NCBI RefSeq assembly: GCF_004010195.1
Contig: NC_057719.1
Span: forward strand, 36,490,585 to 36,534,428
From: Chiloscyllium plagiosum
Lineage: Eukaryota
Length of the DNA: 43,844 nt
Reading direction: 5' to 3'
Of the stretch, positions 24,161-36,830 are shown in pieces (the first letter of the stretch is position 1; the number at the start of each line of letters is the position of its first letter). The translations under genes and the position numbers were made by a program. The notes beneath the pieces are model-generated. The model saw only the letters and a list, made by a program, of their open reading frames with translations. It was not told the origin of the DNA and searched no databases.

Positions 24161-26084
24161 GTATGAATAGTAATAATATAGAATGTAACATAAACCAATG
24201 CAGCAACTGTCTACCAAATGAAAGTATTTCTTCCACTGATGGTTAAAAACAACTACTCTGACACTCCCAGTCTAATTTTCTTTTGTATACAAGCCTAGAA
24301 AGCAAGGATTGACTACTACTATTCAGTCATGGAGGCAACACAGCCGTCCTGATCCTGTCCCCTCATCTGGATAAGAACACTTTCTAGTTGGCAAGAATTA
24401 TTGTACAGGAATCAGCATAGGTAGACGTGACTTCCAACTTGCATTGTTTAATTGTGCTGGGACTTTTTATTTTCAGATTAGAAGAGAACCAAACTACATT
24501 TTTTTGAAATACAGAAATTAAACATGGCATGAAAACTCCCAAACACTCTGCTGAACAAAAGGATTTGTGGAAGGTCTCACTCTAAAATTCAGGGAACTTG
24601 CAACATAGGATCTTGAGTTTATCCTAATATAAGCAATTCCAATTTAGCCAGCAAGTGAATCAGGAAACACCAAGTTTGATTCTACCCTCCTCAGGAACAG
24701 TTAGCTGTTGTGACAGAAATTAATTAGATATAATGAGAAACAGAACATTATTTTTAATGGCTTTCTTGATTTTAATTTGCCACAAAGCAGCAAAATAAAT
24801 TTCTATTTGAATGACACTTATCTCCATGCCATATAGTTTAGCGATGATCATGGCATCCAAATAAGATCACGTACGGTACTTAATCAAGACTTTTCCACAC
24901 TTCAGTCCTTCTTGTAATTTCTGTTTTAAGTACTATCATCATTGGCTTAAACTCACTGCCTGATGCTGCTCCTTAAAATAACCACACTTCGACAAGAATG
25001 AGCCTGACTAATGATCTCAAGTCAAGTTGTGGTAAAATAAATGAGAATCAACAAAGGTAATGAAAAGGCATTTTACAAGTCAGCTGTGCAACTGGCCCAT
25101 ACCTTCAAACTATAATGTATTTTCTTATCAATAAAAAAATGCCATAAACTCATAATGAGCTAACAAAAATACATTTCTTTCAAAAGGATGCAGTGTAGAG
25201 TGTAGATAAAGTCTGCATATTAAAATAACCAAAATTAAAATGAAATATTGTACATTATATTAACAAAATGCAATGCATTACACTGTAAAGTTAACCCCAT
25301 GATTTAAGAATGGAGGATGAAGGAGAATAGAGACCCCTAGACCTGTTAGTTTGTCATCAGTGATCAGGGGAATGATAGAAACTATTACAAAAGATGTGAC
25401 AACTGAATACTTAGAAAATAATGGCAAAATTGAGCAAGTTGCAAGGGACAAACCAGCTGAAGGTTTCTCAGAATGCTACCTGTGGCACAGTGTGATGAAG
25501 GTTCATAATATATTATTTTTTGGAAACTTGGGTTCTTAAGTCGAGGTAAATTCGTTTTTGATTTTTAGTTCTGTGAATGTGATTTTTTAAAAAAGGAATC
25601 AGAAATGTTTTTGTAAACATTGAGTCAAAACAGTATTTCCAAGAAATCATGCAAGTTATGTGAAGTAACTACACAAACTACCTGGTGAGACAACTGCTGA
25701 GTTTGCCACGGTGAACCTTTACGATCCAGAGAAAGAGTGGCCAGAAGAAGATTCCCATCAGAAGAAAATGTCCCTACCAGATGTGTAGCTCAGCATTCTC
25801 AATGCAGTCTAAGAAATTCATTCAGAGAAGTTGGTAAGCTAGCCTGTGTCTGTATGTCCCAAGAAAGGAGAGAATGACATCTGGTACATGTACAGAAAAT
25901 AATTGATAACTCGTCCATTAAGGTTGCATGTTTGTAGAAGACACCACTGGAAGAAAAAGAATAGAATCTTTGTTTTTGCTGTTTACAAGATGATCTTTCC
26001 AAACTGACTAATATATAGCTTTTTTAAAAAAAGACATTTTGTATTATAAACTTATGCTCTTTTCTTTGGTGTTAAAGCTGGGCA

Positions 26085-26455
26085 CCTCTGTGTTGAAGCC
26101 TTCAATATGTTAATAGGAAATGACTGTGTAGATAAAGATAAACTATTTCCACTGGCTGGGTCCTCTGAAACCATGAATAATCAGAGAATTAGAGCTAGAT
26201 TGTTCAGTGAGATGTTAGGAAGTACCTTTACATACAAAGGGTGTTAGATGTATTCCACAACTCTCTTCCACAAATGGCAATAGATGCTGGATCAATTGTT
26301 AATTTTAAATCAGTGAGATAAATTTTTATTAAGCAGAGGTATTACGAAATATGTGTCAAGGTATATGGAGTTAAGCTACAGGTCAGCTATGATCCCATTG
26401 AATGGTGGGACAGGGTGGAGAGGCTGAATGGCCTCTACTCTTGTTTCTATGGTCT
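26085..26455 (+). mobile_element. CR1 LINE 3' end, decayed
   Basis: tail gatcccattgaatggtggg...gctgaatggcctctactcttgtttctatg. Confidence 0.7.
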
Positions 26456-26689
26456 TCAGTATACTGGCAACTTCACGTAAATACGTTCAGTGGCTGACCT
26501 CCATAATAAACAAACTGCAAAAGTACTGTCTTGTCCAATATTACCATCAGCTGGGACCATCACAATAAATCAAAGGAGAACGAAAGGGTGTATTTTGGGA
26601 GGTCTAGTGAGGGAAGGATTATTACAACAAATAGAAGGTTCCTAGGGAATACTGAGGAACACAGGAACCTTCATGTACAAGCTCACAGA

Positions 26690-26880
26690 ATTACAGTGCG
26701 CAAACAGGCCTTTTGGCCCATCGAGTACACACCAACTCTCTGAAAAGCACCCGACCCAGACTCAACCTCCCACCCTATCCCTGTAACCCTGCATTTCCCA
26801 TGGTTAATCCATCTGGCCTATACGTCCCTGGACACTGTAGGCAATTTAGCATGGCCAGTCCATCTAACCTTTGGACTTTG
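26690..26880 (-). mobile_element. HE1-related SINE fragment nested in a CR1 fragment (about 26580-26945)
   Basis: tacagtgcgcaaacaggccttttggccc...ggcaatttagcatggcca. Confidence 0.7.
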
Positions 26881-26944
26881 GACGTAGATCCCTGAAGATG
26901 TCAGCACAGGTAAACAAGGTAGTGAAGAAGGCATATCAGATTCT

Positions 26945-27265
26945 TGTTGTGCAGCCTGCAACATATTATCAATAAGGATGAGCATTTCACCAAGACCTTC
27001 CCTATGTCTCCACTTCTCACCTTAAAACAACTACTGAACCTTAAACAGATGATCATTCACAGCAAATTGCCCAGCCTTCAAGACAAGATTGACCACAACA
27101 CCATACAACCCTGTCACGTCAGCCACTGCAAGACGTGTCAGTGTGTCCACACAGATACCACCATTATCCGTGGGGACACCACCCGCTGTGTGTGCAGCAC
27201 GTATTCATGTGACTCGCCCAATATTGTCTATCTCATAGGCTGTAGGTAAGGATGACCTGAGGCAA
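26945..27265 (+). mobile_element. Neptune-type PLE fragment (Cys-rich linker plus start of GIY-YIG)
   Basis: PCHVSHCKTCQ...YSCDSPNIVYLIGC. Confidence 0.75.
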
Positions 27266-27289
27266 GGTTGCTGTTTCTACCATCCTTTC

Positions 27290-28400
27290 CCTCCAGATTC
27301 CCATTACCTGCTCTGGGCGAAGAGAAACTTTTCCTCTTATCTCCACTAAACTTCCTGACCCTTGCCTTAAATCTATGTTACCTTGTCATTGATCACTCCT
27401 CCAAGGAGACAAGTTTCTTCCCATCTAAAATGTCTATGCACCTCATAATCTTATATACCTCAATCAAGTTCCCATTCAGTCTTCTCTGCTCCAAGGAAAA
27501 CAATCCCAATCTATCCAATCTCTCTTTAAAACTCTCCAGCCCAGGCTGCATCTTGGTAAATCTGTACCTTCTCCAGTATAATCATATCCCTCCTTCAATG
27601 TGGATTCTAGAACTGCACACAATACTCTAGCTGTGGCCTAACCAACATCTTATACAGTTCCAGCATCTTCTCCCTGCACTTTTAAACTCCTAATAAAGGC
27701 TAATAAAGGCAAGTATTCCACAAGCCTTCTTAATTACTTTATCTATCTGTCCTGCAACCCTGGTCATGTACACCAAGGTCCCTCTGATTCCTCAGTGCTT
27801 CCCAGGATGCTCATGTTTATCATGCAGTTCCTCGCCTTGCGTATCCCACCCAAGTGCATCATCTCAAACTTATCCGGATTAAGTTCCATTTGCCACCAAT
27901 AAGCCCATCTGATCAGGCTGTTTATATCGTCCTGTAATCTAAGGCTATTCTCCTCCGCACCAATCTGCATATCATCCTCAAAGTTACTAATTAACCCTGC
28001 TACATTCAAGTCTAAATCATTTATATATATAGTCTGTTCTGATATAACGCGATAGTTTCGTTTCCGTCCAATCCAACGTTCTAAGAAAATCACGTAATGG
28101 CTGCACCATTTAAACCAATGGGACTAGAATCACGTTTTAGCCAATACAGGCAAGGAAAGTTCATGTTCAACAAATAATGGCCTAAATTCTTCAATTGCAT
28201 CATAGCCAATTCGTGTTGAAGAAATGTGCATTATAGCAGAACCAACTGTACCATAAACTGCAAGAGCCCAACATTACTACCAGTGGAACTCCACTGGAGA
28301 CAGGCTTCCAGTTAAAAAAAACACCCCTCAACAATTACCCTCTGTTTCCCACAACTCAGTCAGTTCTGTATCCAACTTGCCAAAATTTCCTGGATCACTC
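27290..28400 (-). mobile_element. CR1 ORF2 RT fragment interrupted by a MITE
   Basis: IYINDLD...ISNFEDD...LQDDINSLIRWAYWWQMELNPDKFEMMHLG. Confidence 0.8.
28030..28248. mobile_element. Tc1/mariner (pogo/Tigger-like) MITE, 219 bp
   Basis: TIRs tagtctgttctgatataacgc / gcattatagcagaaccaactg, flanked by TA at 28028-29 and 28249-50. Confidence 0.75.
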
Positions 28401-28471
28401 CTTTACCTTCCCAAGTACCCAAAAAAAGTTGTGTAAAGCTGCCCATAATAAAGAGACCTGATAAGAATAAA

Positions 28472-28673
28472 GTTAAAAATCACACAACACCAGGTATAGT
28501 CCAACAGGTTTATTTGGTAGCACTAGCTTTCGGAGCGCTGCTCCGTCATTCACCTGATAAAGGAGCAGCGCTTGGAAAGCTAGTGCTTTCAAATAAACCT
28601 GTTGGACTATAACCTGGCGTTGTGTGATGTTTAACTTTGTACATCCCAATCCAACACCCACATCTCCAAATCA
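28472..28673. mobile_element. palindromic non-autonomous PLE-derived insert with hammerhead motifs and 13-bp TSD
   Basis: about 80-bp inverted arms; TGATAAGAATAAA at 28459-28471 and 28674-28686; cac-CTGATAA-aggagcagcgcttg-GAAAGCTA-gtg at 28551-28585. Confidence 0.8.
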
Positions 28674-29144
28674 TGATAAGAATAAAAATCTTTAATTACT
28701 AAACTCTTGGGTCTTCGGGTAAATGAAAGCTCATACCATCATTACATGTAAACTACATAAAGACTACATCTCCATTGTATATGATAGCAGAAACAGCCCT
28801 GTGAATTGGAGAAGGAAATCTAAGGAGAGAGATCTTTACAAGAAATTACTCAATTGATCCTTTCACACCAAAACCAAGAAAATATCCAGTGATTAAACCT
28901 GTGGGCAGATATGGTTTTCAACCATAATTACATTTTTAGTATTTCACAGCTAAAGCATGCAAAGCTTAAGACACAACCATGAAAACCAGAAATTTCAAAC
29001 TTGAAAGAACAATAGAATTGGATAGAAAAACATGTACGGATGGATTTATACCACATCCTTCACTATCTTAATTTTTTTCACGTAGGGGGTTACATCTAAG
29101 ATTAACATCTGAAAATTAAAACAAAAATCATAACAGCACTATAC

Positions 29145-29292
29145 CTGTTTCAATATCTGTCAGATGAATCATAGAATCAAATCCACCACTGAGGACATTT
29201 CTTCCACAGAAAGACCACTGAGCATCACGAACTGCCTCAGAATGGCACAGGTAAGTCATCAGGCATCTTCCTGTTTCAACTGCATCCCATAT
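29145..29292 (-). CDS. WDR25: WD repeat-containing protein 25, first coding exon visible in window (148 bp)
   Basis: ccttccaatag|ATA TGG GAT...GAA ACA G|gtatag; translates [49 protein letters not shown], matching recalled human WDR25 VWNAVDSGHCLQTY...ILSGGFDFALHLTDLETG; ends in phase 1. Confidence 0.93.
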
Positions 29293-29439
29293 CTATTGGA
29301 AGGTCAAACAATAGAAATGTAGTTTTAAAATTGAATTTGCATTCACTTAGTCAACTTCAAACCTACTACTTCATGAAATGAAAAAAGAAATGAAACAAAA
29401 CAGACCACACTAGGCACCAGAATTGACAGAAGCAAATGC

Positions 29440-31290
29440 AAGTCCTGTCAACTCTTAGAAATCTGTCTTATTTATATCTAGGGACATAAATCTATGAATA
29501 TGTTTTGTGTCAAAATTAGGAGAGTTATTCTACACACTCATCAAACAACAACCTGACATAGTCACAATCACAGAATCATACCTTACACCGATGTCGCAGA
29601 TACCGGCATCATCCCTGACTATGTGGTGTCCCACTGGCAGGACATATCCATAGAATAGTAGCATACACTCAAGAGAGAGTTGCCTTTGGAGTCTTCCACA
29701 ATAACTATAGACTCTACAAACTCACAGCATTAAGTCAAACATGGCAAACAAATCTCCTTCTAATTACTACTGAACAAACCTCCTTGTCCTCAAGCTGATG
29801 AATATTGTTAAATGTCACTTGAAATAAAAACTAAGGGTGGCAAGGGTCCAGAATACTCTGGGTGGGAGACTTCAACATCATTATCAACAGTGGCTCAGTT
29901 GCACCATTACTGAACAGGCTGGCTGACCTCGAAAGAACATAACTGCAAGACTGGATCGATGGCAGGTGTGAAATACAATGAGAGAAATAAACCCCACTTG
30001 CCAGTATCTTCATCAATATTTCACAGATGTAACTGCCCAAAATAGAATGGGTAGATACTGCTATTGGAAATAAAGTTTTCTTCATAATAATGTAACTCTC
30101 CATCATCTTGTTTGGCACTAGCTGCATAGTGAATGGGGTAGAGATCCTACAGATCTGACAACTCAGACTGGGTATCCATGAGGCACTGTGGACAAGGAGC
30201 AGCAGCAGAGTTGGATTCACCTACAATCTCTAACTTCATGGCTTGACATATGGCCACTTTACCATTACCATCAAGTCAGGGGTTCAACTCAGGCTCAATG
30301 AAGAGTGTCAGAGGGCATGCCAGCCGCAGTAGTACCGGGCACAACTAAAGATGGGGCATCATTTAGTGAAGCACACAGGGTTCTTGCATGATGAACTGTG
30401 GAAGCAGCTTGTGACAGATGGAGCTAAGCCCTCCCACAAACAGCAGAATAGATCAGAGTTCTGCAGTCCTGCCACATCCAATCTTAAATAGTGATGGATG
30501 ATTATACAAAAGGAGAAGAAATCCACCTGTATTCCTGTTCTTAATGATGTGTAAGTCCAGCATGTCAATGCACAAGGTAAGGCTGAAGCATTTGCAACCA
30601 TCTTCATCTACAAGTGCCGAAGGATGATTTACTTCAGCTTCTTGCTAAGGTTCCCAGCTTCACACATGGCAGTTTTCAATCACTCAATTCACATGGTATA
30701 ATGAAGGCACTAGATACTACAAACATTATGGGCCTTGACAACATTCTGGCAATGGTACTGAACACCTGTGCTCTAGAACTAGCTATGTCACTAGCCAAGC
30801 TGTTCAATACAACTACAATACTGCCAAACGTCCAACAATGTGGACAATTATCTCAGCATACCCTCTCCACAAAGAGAAGTCAAATCCAATCCAACCAATT
30901 ACTATCATATCAGTGTATTTATGATTATCAGCAAAATGATGGGTAAGGGTCATTGACAGAAATATGAAGCAACAGCTCCTTAGCAGTAACCTGCCCACTG
31001 ACACTCAAATTGCATTACTGACCTTATTACCCCCTGACCTTATTACAGCCTTGGTTCAAACTAGATCAAACGAGTGTAACTCCAGAGGTGAAATGAAAAT
31101 TCCTGTCTTCCATGTCATGCAGGAGTTCAGAGTATAGCATCACAGAACCCTAACAAGACTGGAGTCAATGGCAATCAGGGAAAACCTCTCCACTGGCTGG
31201 AGTCATACCTAGTAAAAAGGAAATGGTTTCATTTGCTGGGATTCAATCACCAACAGTTGCAATTTGTCATTGCGGAACCTCCCGAGGGTA
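29440..31290 (+). mobile_element. highly decayed CR1-group LINE ORF2 (APE endonuclease plus RT)
   Basis: KLGELFYTLIKQQPDIVTITESYL (EN start), WVGDFN-like motif near 29860, ALDTTNIMGLDNILAMVLNTCALELAMSLAKLF (RT N-terminus). Confidence 0.7.
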
Positions 31291-31334
31291 GAATCCCAGG
31301 GGATGCTAGTTATTGAGGAGAGGTGATGCCTTGA

Positions 31335-31629
31335 AGGATTTATACTAGGCTATTAATCTGGAGATTCAAAATGTTCTGGTGACCTGGGTTCAAATCCCAT
31401 TGCAGCAGATGGTGGAATTTGAATTCAACAAAAAGAAGTCTGAAATTAAGAGTCTAATGACCACCCTGAATTCTATTGTCGACCCCATCAGGTTCACTAA
31501 TGTCTTTTGCAAATCCCAACCTGGTCTAGCCTACATATGACTTTAGATCCACTGCCATGTGGTTGATTCTTAGAAAGGCAATAAATGCTGGCCTAGGCAG
31601 CAAAACCCTCATCCCATGAATAAAAAAAA
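31335..31629 (+). mobile_element. second tRNA-type SINE family, copy 1
   Basis: B box GGTTCAAATCCC; shares body and tail (catcccatgaataaaaaaaa) with 32430-32760. Confidence 0.7.
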
Positions 31630-31859
31630 GGAACTGTATACCATTTGTAAAGTGCAATCAGCAATTCACCCAAGCTCATTTAAGCATACAAATTAGGAGC
31701 AGAAGTGGCTCATTCACACCTTCAAGCTCCATAAGATGACAGCTGACCTTTTTATGTTCCAATTTCCACATTCCCATTCACTCTGGATAACCTTTTGATT
31801 ACCTTGCTTAAGAAGTATCTGGCAATCTCATCATTAAAAATGTTCAGTGGCCAATATTT

Positions 31860-32193
31860 GGGTGGCACGGTAGCACAGTGGTTAGCACTGCTGCCTCACA
31901 GCGCCAGAGACCTGGTTTCAATTCCCGCCTCAGGCGACTGACTGTGTGGAGTTTGCACGTTCTCCCCGTGTCTGCGTGGGTTTCCTCTGGGTGCTCCGGT
32001 TTCCTCCCACAGTCCAAAGATGTGCAGGTAAGGTGAATTGGCCATGCTAAATTGCCCGTAGTGTTAGATAAGGGTTAAATGTAGGAGTTTGGGTGGGTTG
32101 CACTTCGGCGGGTCGGTGTGGACTTGTTGGGCCGAAGGGCCTGTTTCCACACTGTAATGTAACCTAATCTAATGTAACCTAACCTAATCTAAT
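31860..32193 (+). mobile_element. HE1 SINE, full length, nested in a minus-strand CR1 tail
   Basis: complete A/B boxes, V-domain, HER1-type tail and aacct/aatct repeats. Confidence 0.93.
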
Positions 32194-32429
32194 ATATACC
32201 GTATTGAGGCAGAGTTCCAAAGTCACACAATACTCAGACAGAAATCTCCATCACCTGTCTTAAAAAGGTAGCCCTAATTTTAGTTCGAAATCTGTCTCAA
32301 AATGGAACATCCTTTCCACATTCACCTTGTCAAAAAAATTCAGGATCTTACAATCATCGACTCACTTCCTGCTTTTTGAAATAAGCACAGCCTGTCCAAT
32401 TATTCTTCACTGGATAACCAGGCACAATG

Positions 32430-32760
32430 GATGAGAATGTCACTGGATGAGAAATCCAAAAGCCCAAACTCTTGTTCTGGGGATGTAGGATTGAATTCCA
32501 CTAGGACAGATTGAGAAATATGAATTCAATAAACATCTGCAGTTAATTGCAAGCCTTATTGACTCCAGTTGACTGTTGTAAAAATCCAATTGGTTCATTA
32601 ATGTCCTTTAGAGAAGGGATTCCACTATCCTTACCCACTCTGGCCTACTCATGACTCCAATGTGGTTGGCTCATAACTGCTCTCCGGGCAGTTAGAAATA
32701 GGTGAATAAATGTTGGTATAGCTGACAATGCCCGTATCCCATGAACAAATAAAAAGAAAA
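32430..32760 (+). mobile_element. second tRNA-type SINE family, copy 2
   Basis: homologous to 31335-31629 (ggttcattaatgtcctttag, tggcctactcatgactcca, atcccatgaacaaataaaaa). Confidence 0.7.
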
Positions 32761-32769
32761 CCTGCACAA

Positions 32770-33420
32770 AGTATAAATCAAGTAAATGACCTCTGAAATG
32801 CCTCCAACATACTTACATTCCTTCTTAAATAAGACCAAACTGCACACAGTATTAGAGATGTGATCTTACCAATGCCGTGTATAACTGAAGTTCAATTCTT
32901 CTCATAACAATGGATAACATTCCATTAGACTTTTTAATTACTTGTTGTACCTGCATACTATTTTTTTCTTTCTTATACATGAGCTAATCTAGGTCTCTGC
33001 ATCTCAGAACTCTGCAATAATTCTCCATTTAATTAATGCTCTGCTTTTTTATTCTTCCTGTCAAAGTACAACTTGATATTTTTCCACATGATACTCCATC
33101 TGCCAGATTTTTGCCCACTCACTTAACATTGGTCTGCATCCTTGTTATGTAATCTTCACAACATGCGTTTCGACCTACCATTGTGTCATCTGCAAATTTA
33201 GCCAGGATGCCTCTGATCCCATAGTCTAATTCATGATTATAAATCGTAAAACATTGAGGGACCAGCATTGATTCCTATGGGTCACCACATGCCATATCCT
33301 ACAAATCTGAAAAAGACCCCATTAATGCAAACTCTGTTTTCTGCTAGCCAGCTAATATTCTCTGAAACAAGTATATTATCCCAAACATAACAAGCTCCTA
33401 ATTAGAGTAATAACCTTTCA
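32770..33420 (-). mobile_element. CR1 ORF2 fragment
   Basis: antisense KFADDT (tgtgtcatctgcaaattt near 33183); continues the CR1 at about 31685-32410. Confidence 0.7.
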
Positions 33421-33431
33421 TATGTAGTCTT

Positions 33432-33905
33432 GATGTAAGTTTGCTCGATGAGCTGGAAGATTCATTTTCAGACGTTTTGTCACCATACTAGGTAACATTA
33501 TCAGTGAGCCTCCAGTGAAGCACTGGTGGCATGGCCTGCTTTCTATTTATGTGTTTAGGTTTCCTTGGGTTGGTGATGTCATTTCCTGTTCTTTTTCTCA
33601 GGGGTGGTAAGTGGGATCCAAGTTAATGTGTTGTTGATAGAGTTCTGGTTGAAGTGCCATGCTTCTTGGAATTCTCGTGCGTATTTCTGTTTGACTTGTC
33701 CTAGAGTTGATGTGTTGTCCCAGTCGAAGTTTGTGTCCTTCCTCATCTGTATGTAAAGATACTAGTGAGAGGGGGTCATGTTGTTTTGTGGCAAGTTGAT
33801 GTTCATGTATCCTGGTGGCTAGTTTTCTGCCTGTTTGTCCAATGTAGTGTTTGTTACAGCTCTTGCAATGTATTTTGTAAATGACATTAGTTTGCTTGTT
33901 GTCTG
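33432..33905 (-). mobile_element. 5'-truncated Poseidon-type PLE, third copy, with degenerate hammerhead at 33468-33507
   Basis: NVIYKIHCKSCNKHYIGQTGRKLATRIHEH; minus strand TCA CTGATAA tgttacctagtatggtgac AAAAC GTC TGA. Confidence 0.88.
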
Positions 33906-34757
33906 TATACATTATCTGGGCATACTATAGGTGGTTGAGACTGGATGGGATGGTCTTTGGAGGGTTGGTACAGATTCGATGGACTGAACAGGCTCTTTCT
34001 GGAATGTAGAGATTCTACGCAAACCTGCTTAAATAGCCTCATCTTCTCTGAATAGGGACATAATTTTCTCAGTAATCAGTCCATGGTAAGGACATGGGCA
34101 ATATTGAAGTATTTAGAGAAATGTAAAAGAAAGTTCATGGAAAGTGTTTCACTTGTTAAGGCAGTTATAACACAGAATTTGAGAAGTCTTTGCCATGCAC
34201 AGCATATAAGTTGGAATTTCAATGACACATTAAGATCTATAGAACAAAGCACAGCCTCAATATAATGTGGTAACTGTGAGCACTCAAGCTCAATGCTATG
34301 CTGTAACTATGAGCTGGATACGAACCATTTTCATTGAAACATAACACTGAAACTTTACCTGTTTCTCTATCCATAGATGCTGCCAAGCCTGCTGATTTTC
34401 TCCAACACTGTTAACATTTTAGTTGTATTTTTTGCCCAAATTGTAAAATCAACAGTAAACTGTGGTCAAGCCCCAAACCTTGCACATTAAATGTGACCAA
34501 GACAAATCCCATAGATTTGCTAGCAATCAAACCCGATGTCAGTAATGACTAAGAGTCACAAAGTTGCACTGACACTTAGATGCTCCTTCAGATGTATTTC
34601 ACTCTTGTAGCAGATTTTTAATTCCCACTAATGTCACTCTAACTTGGAATGCCTGACCATCTTTCACCTCCCAAGGTTCACTCTTGTTTTCCAAATGGTA
34701 TTCCCACACAAACTGTACGCGTAACTTGAGGATCCTTCTCATCTCCTTCTGGTCTCT

Positions 34758-36069
34758 GCATACATCAGTATTTACTGTGGAAAAGAATATGGAAGATATA
34801 GACTGTAGGGAAATAGATTCATGTCTCACAAACTTGACTGAGTTTTTTGAAGAAGTAACAAAGAAGATTGATGACAGCAGAGCATAGATGTGACCTATAT
34901 GGACATTAGTAAAACATTCGACAAGGTTCCCCATGGGAGACTGATTAGCAAGGTTAGATCTCATGGAATGCAGGGAGAACTAGGCATTTGGATACAGGAC
35001 TTGCTCAAAGGTAGAAGACAGAGGGTGGTGGTGGAGGTTGTTTTTCAGACTGGAAGTCTGTCACCAGTGGAGTGCCACAAGGATCGGTGCTGGGTCCTCT
35101 ACTTTTTGTCATTTACAGAAATGATTTGGATGCGAGCATAAGAGGTACAGTTAGTAAGTTTGCAGATGACACCAAAATTGGAGGTGTAGTGGACAGCGAA
35201 GAAAGTTACTCAGATTACAAAAAGGATCTGGACCAGATGGGTCAATGGGCAGAGAAGTGGCAGATGGAGTTTAATTCAGATAAATGCAAGATGCTGCATT
35301 TTGGGAAAGCAAATCTTAGCAGGACTTATACACTTAATGATAAGGTCCTAGGGAGTGTTGCTGAACAAAGAGACCTTGGAGTGCAGGTTCATTGCTCCTT
35401 GAAAGTGGAGTCGCAGGAAGATAGTATAGTGAAGAAGGCGTTTGGTATGCTTTCCTTTATTGGTCAGAGTATTGAGTATAGGAGTTGTGAGGTCATGTTG
35501 CGGCTGTACAGGACATTCGTCAGGCCACTATTGGAACATTGTGTACAATTCTGGTCTCCTTCCAGAAAGATGTTGTGAAACTTGAAAAGGTTCAGAAAAG
35601 ATTTCCAAGGATGTTGCCAGGATTGGAGGATCTGAGCTACAGGGAGAGGCTGAATAGCCTGGGACTGTTTTCCCTGGAGCGTCGGAGGCTGAGGGGTGAC
35701 CTTATGGAGATTTACAAAATTCTGAGGGGCATGGATAGGATAAATAGACAAAATCTTTTCCCTAGGGTCGGGGAGTCCAGAACTAGAGGGCATAGGTTTA
35801 GGGTGAGAGGAAAAAGATATAAAAGAGACCTAAGGGGCAACATTTTCACGTAGAGGGTGGTAAATGTATGGAATGAGCTGCCAGAGGATGTGGTGGAGGC
35901 TAGTACAATTGCAACCTTTAAGAGGCATTTGGATGGGTATATGAATAGGAAGGGTTTGGAGGGATATGGGCCGGGTGCTGGTAGGTGGGACTAGATTGGG
36001 TTGGGATATCTGGTCCGCATGGATGGGTTGGACTGAAGGGTCTGTTTTCATGCTGTACATCTCTATGAC
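34758..36069 (+). mobile_element. HER1/CR1 LINE 3' portion (RT domain to 3' tail), frameshifted
   Basis: YMDISKTFDKVPHGRL, PQGSVLGPLLF, KFADDTKIGG, RRLRGDL; 3' tail ttggactgaagggtctgttt similar to the HE1 tail. Confidence 0.92.
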
Positions 36070-36756
36070 ATGGAGCTGGCTACAGCACTAACTCACTCTC
36101 TCGAACCACTTCCTCAGTTAGTATGGCACTGTTATCTCTTGGTGGTCTCAATTCACTCTCAGGCATTTTTATCTTTCCTCCTGGGCCCTGTAATCTTTGA
36201 TTGTTCCTGAGGGTGGAACTTTCCCAACATTAGAACAAAGTTGGGAGAATAAGGCGAGATTTAAAAAATGAGAACCTTGATACTGAGAAAACAAAAGTAT
36301 GATTTTTCCCTTAGGTTTTCAATAGTTAGGTAGGAATCTCACTAGTAAGTGGTGAGAGTTGACTTTGCATGCATTAGCATCTCATTATTAGCTAATCTTG
36401 CCTCATTTTATGCCAGTTGTTATTTTCCCAGGTAGTGGTGAGAAACTAAGCGGAGCCAATTCTCATTGTGAAAGTTACTTTGTGACTGCAGCTTGCTGGT
36501 ATTTTCTTCAGACATTCTTTAGGGCCTGCCTTCCCCATCATCTCTGGGCGCCTTCCCCATCATCTCTGGGCATACTCCAAGGGCAGGAACTACCTACACT
36601 CCTTGTACATGGAATCTGTCATCAGCAAATCACCAGTCTCAACACATCACCATGGCACATGTTGGACGCACTTATAATCCAGTTCAGCACTTCACAACTA
36701 CAATTTGAAGCAAAGCAACACCTTACAATATGATTTTGCTTTGTGCACAGCGACAG

Positions 36757-36830
36757 CCGAAACGTCGATTCTCTTGCTCCTTTGATGCTGCCTGACCTGC
36801 TGCGCTTTTCCAGCAACACATTTTTAAGCT
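36757..36830 (+). mobile_element. PLE terminal-repeat fragment starting inside the hammerhead (CCGAAACGTCGA)
   Basis: same tail as 17431-17515 and 13081-13140. Confidence 0.65.
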
